Below the pieces are notes generated by a model. The model did no database searches and was not told the DNA's origin. It saw only the letters and a program-made list of their open reading frames with translations. This document shows, one piece after another, positions 63,481 to 64,000 of a stretch of DNA of 64,000 nucleotides. A program made the position numbers and the translations under genes. The first letter of the stretch is position 1. Each line of letters opens with the position of its first letter. Origin of the DNA: Pseudogymnoascus verrucosus (lineage: Eukaryota). The stretch is taken from the NCBI GenBank assembly GCA_001662655.1, contig KV460217.1; one strand, given 5' to 3'.

Positions 63481-64000
63481 GCGAGCTGTTATTTATATGC
63501 AATGGGGGAAAGTTAGTTTAGCTCTAATTGGATTAAATGTAGATTAGATTGCATGCCTTCAACCTCCTACCGGAGAATAGAAGAAATATTTCTGATCGTT
63601 GAATTGGCCCCTCACAGCACCGGTAAAACTTTATATGGGAGAATGTTCTATCTTGATGCAACAAGAGCCGTCTCCAAACCCTGACCGAGCCCTTCGACGT
63701 CTGATATAATATGGTTCCTATATTATAGCACGATGGTTAGTGATGGGGTCTGTGGAGAAGCTGGAAACTAAGTTTAGAAATGGCAATGCTCATTTCTGGA
63801 ATCATTGGCGTGCTTCGGCCTCTCCATCTAATGGTATAATGGAAACGTACCCACGAGATTTGGATCCCATTATAGTAATGCATTTCAATCTCGTATACTC
63901 CATCCGCGTTTATTTATTGTGGGATTCTCATTAGGACAGTAGTAGGACTTTGCGTAGCCCGAGACTCGTATACTAAAGGTCAGGCCGTCATAAATCCCAA

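Overview
A gene-dense, intron-containing segment of a filamentous ascomycete genome (GT..CTAAC..AG introns, RIP-mutated transposons). The left third (1-19.5 kb) is mixed: a ricin-B/Ser-Thr-rich protein, a GH32 beta-fructofuranosidase, phenol 2-monooxygenase, a WW/low-complexity protein, a SesB-like alpha/beta hydrolase, a DUF6601-like gene, a decayed HeLo-like/ankyrin gene, a Nudix hydrolase and a GH5 glucanase. The rest is two adjacent catabolic gene clusters, each with its own transcription factor and a distinct promoter motif readable in the sequence. Cluster A (20.5-45.3 kb) looks like an aromatic ring-cleavage pathway: FAD monooxygenase fused to an acetoacetate-decarboxylase-like domain, MFS, small conserved protein, catalytically degenerate ALDH, LigB-type dioxygenase, C2H2+Zn2Cys6 regulator, PTH11-like protein, fumarylacetoacetase, cupin, CocE/NonD hydrolase and P450. 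Its promoters carry CGG-N3(or N5)-GTGGGG. Cluster B (45.5-63.5 kb) looks like an uncharacterised tricarboxylate/organic-acid pathway: TcuA-like flavoprotein, class II aldolase, Zn2Cys6 regulator, PIG3-type oxidoreductase, LigI-like amidohydrolase, beta-hydroxyacid-dehydrogenase-like enzyme, mitochondrial tricarboxylate carrier and ACS-family MFS. A CGG-N8-AGTCCG site lies in all five of its promoter regions. Each cluster contains one complete but RIP-inactivated DNA transposon (pogo/Fot1-type and hAT) between convergent genes. Family assignments come from motif recognition by eye and substrates are hypotheses.
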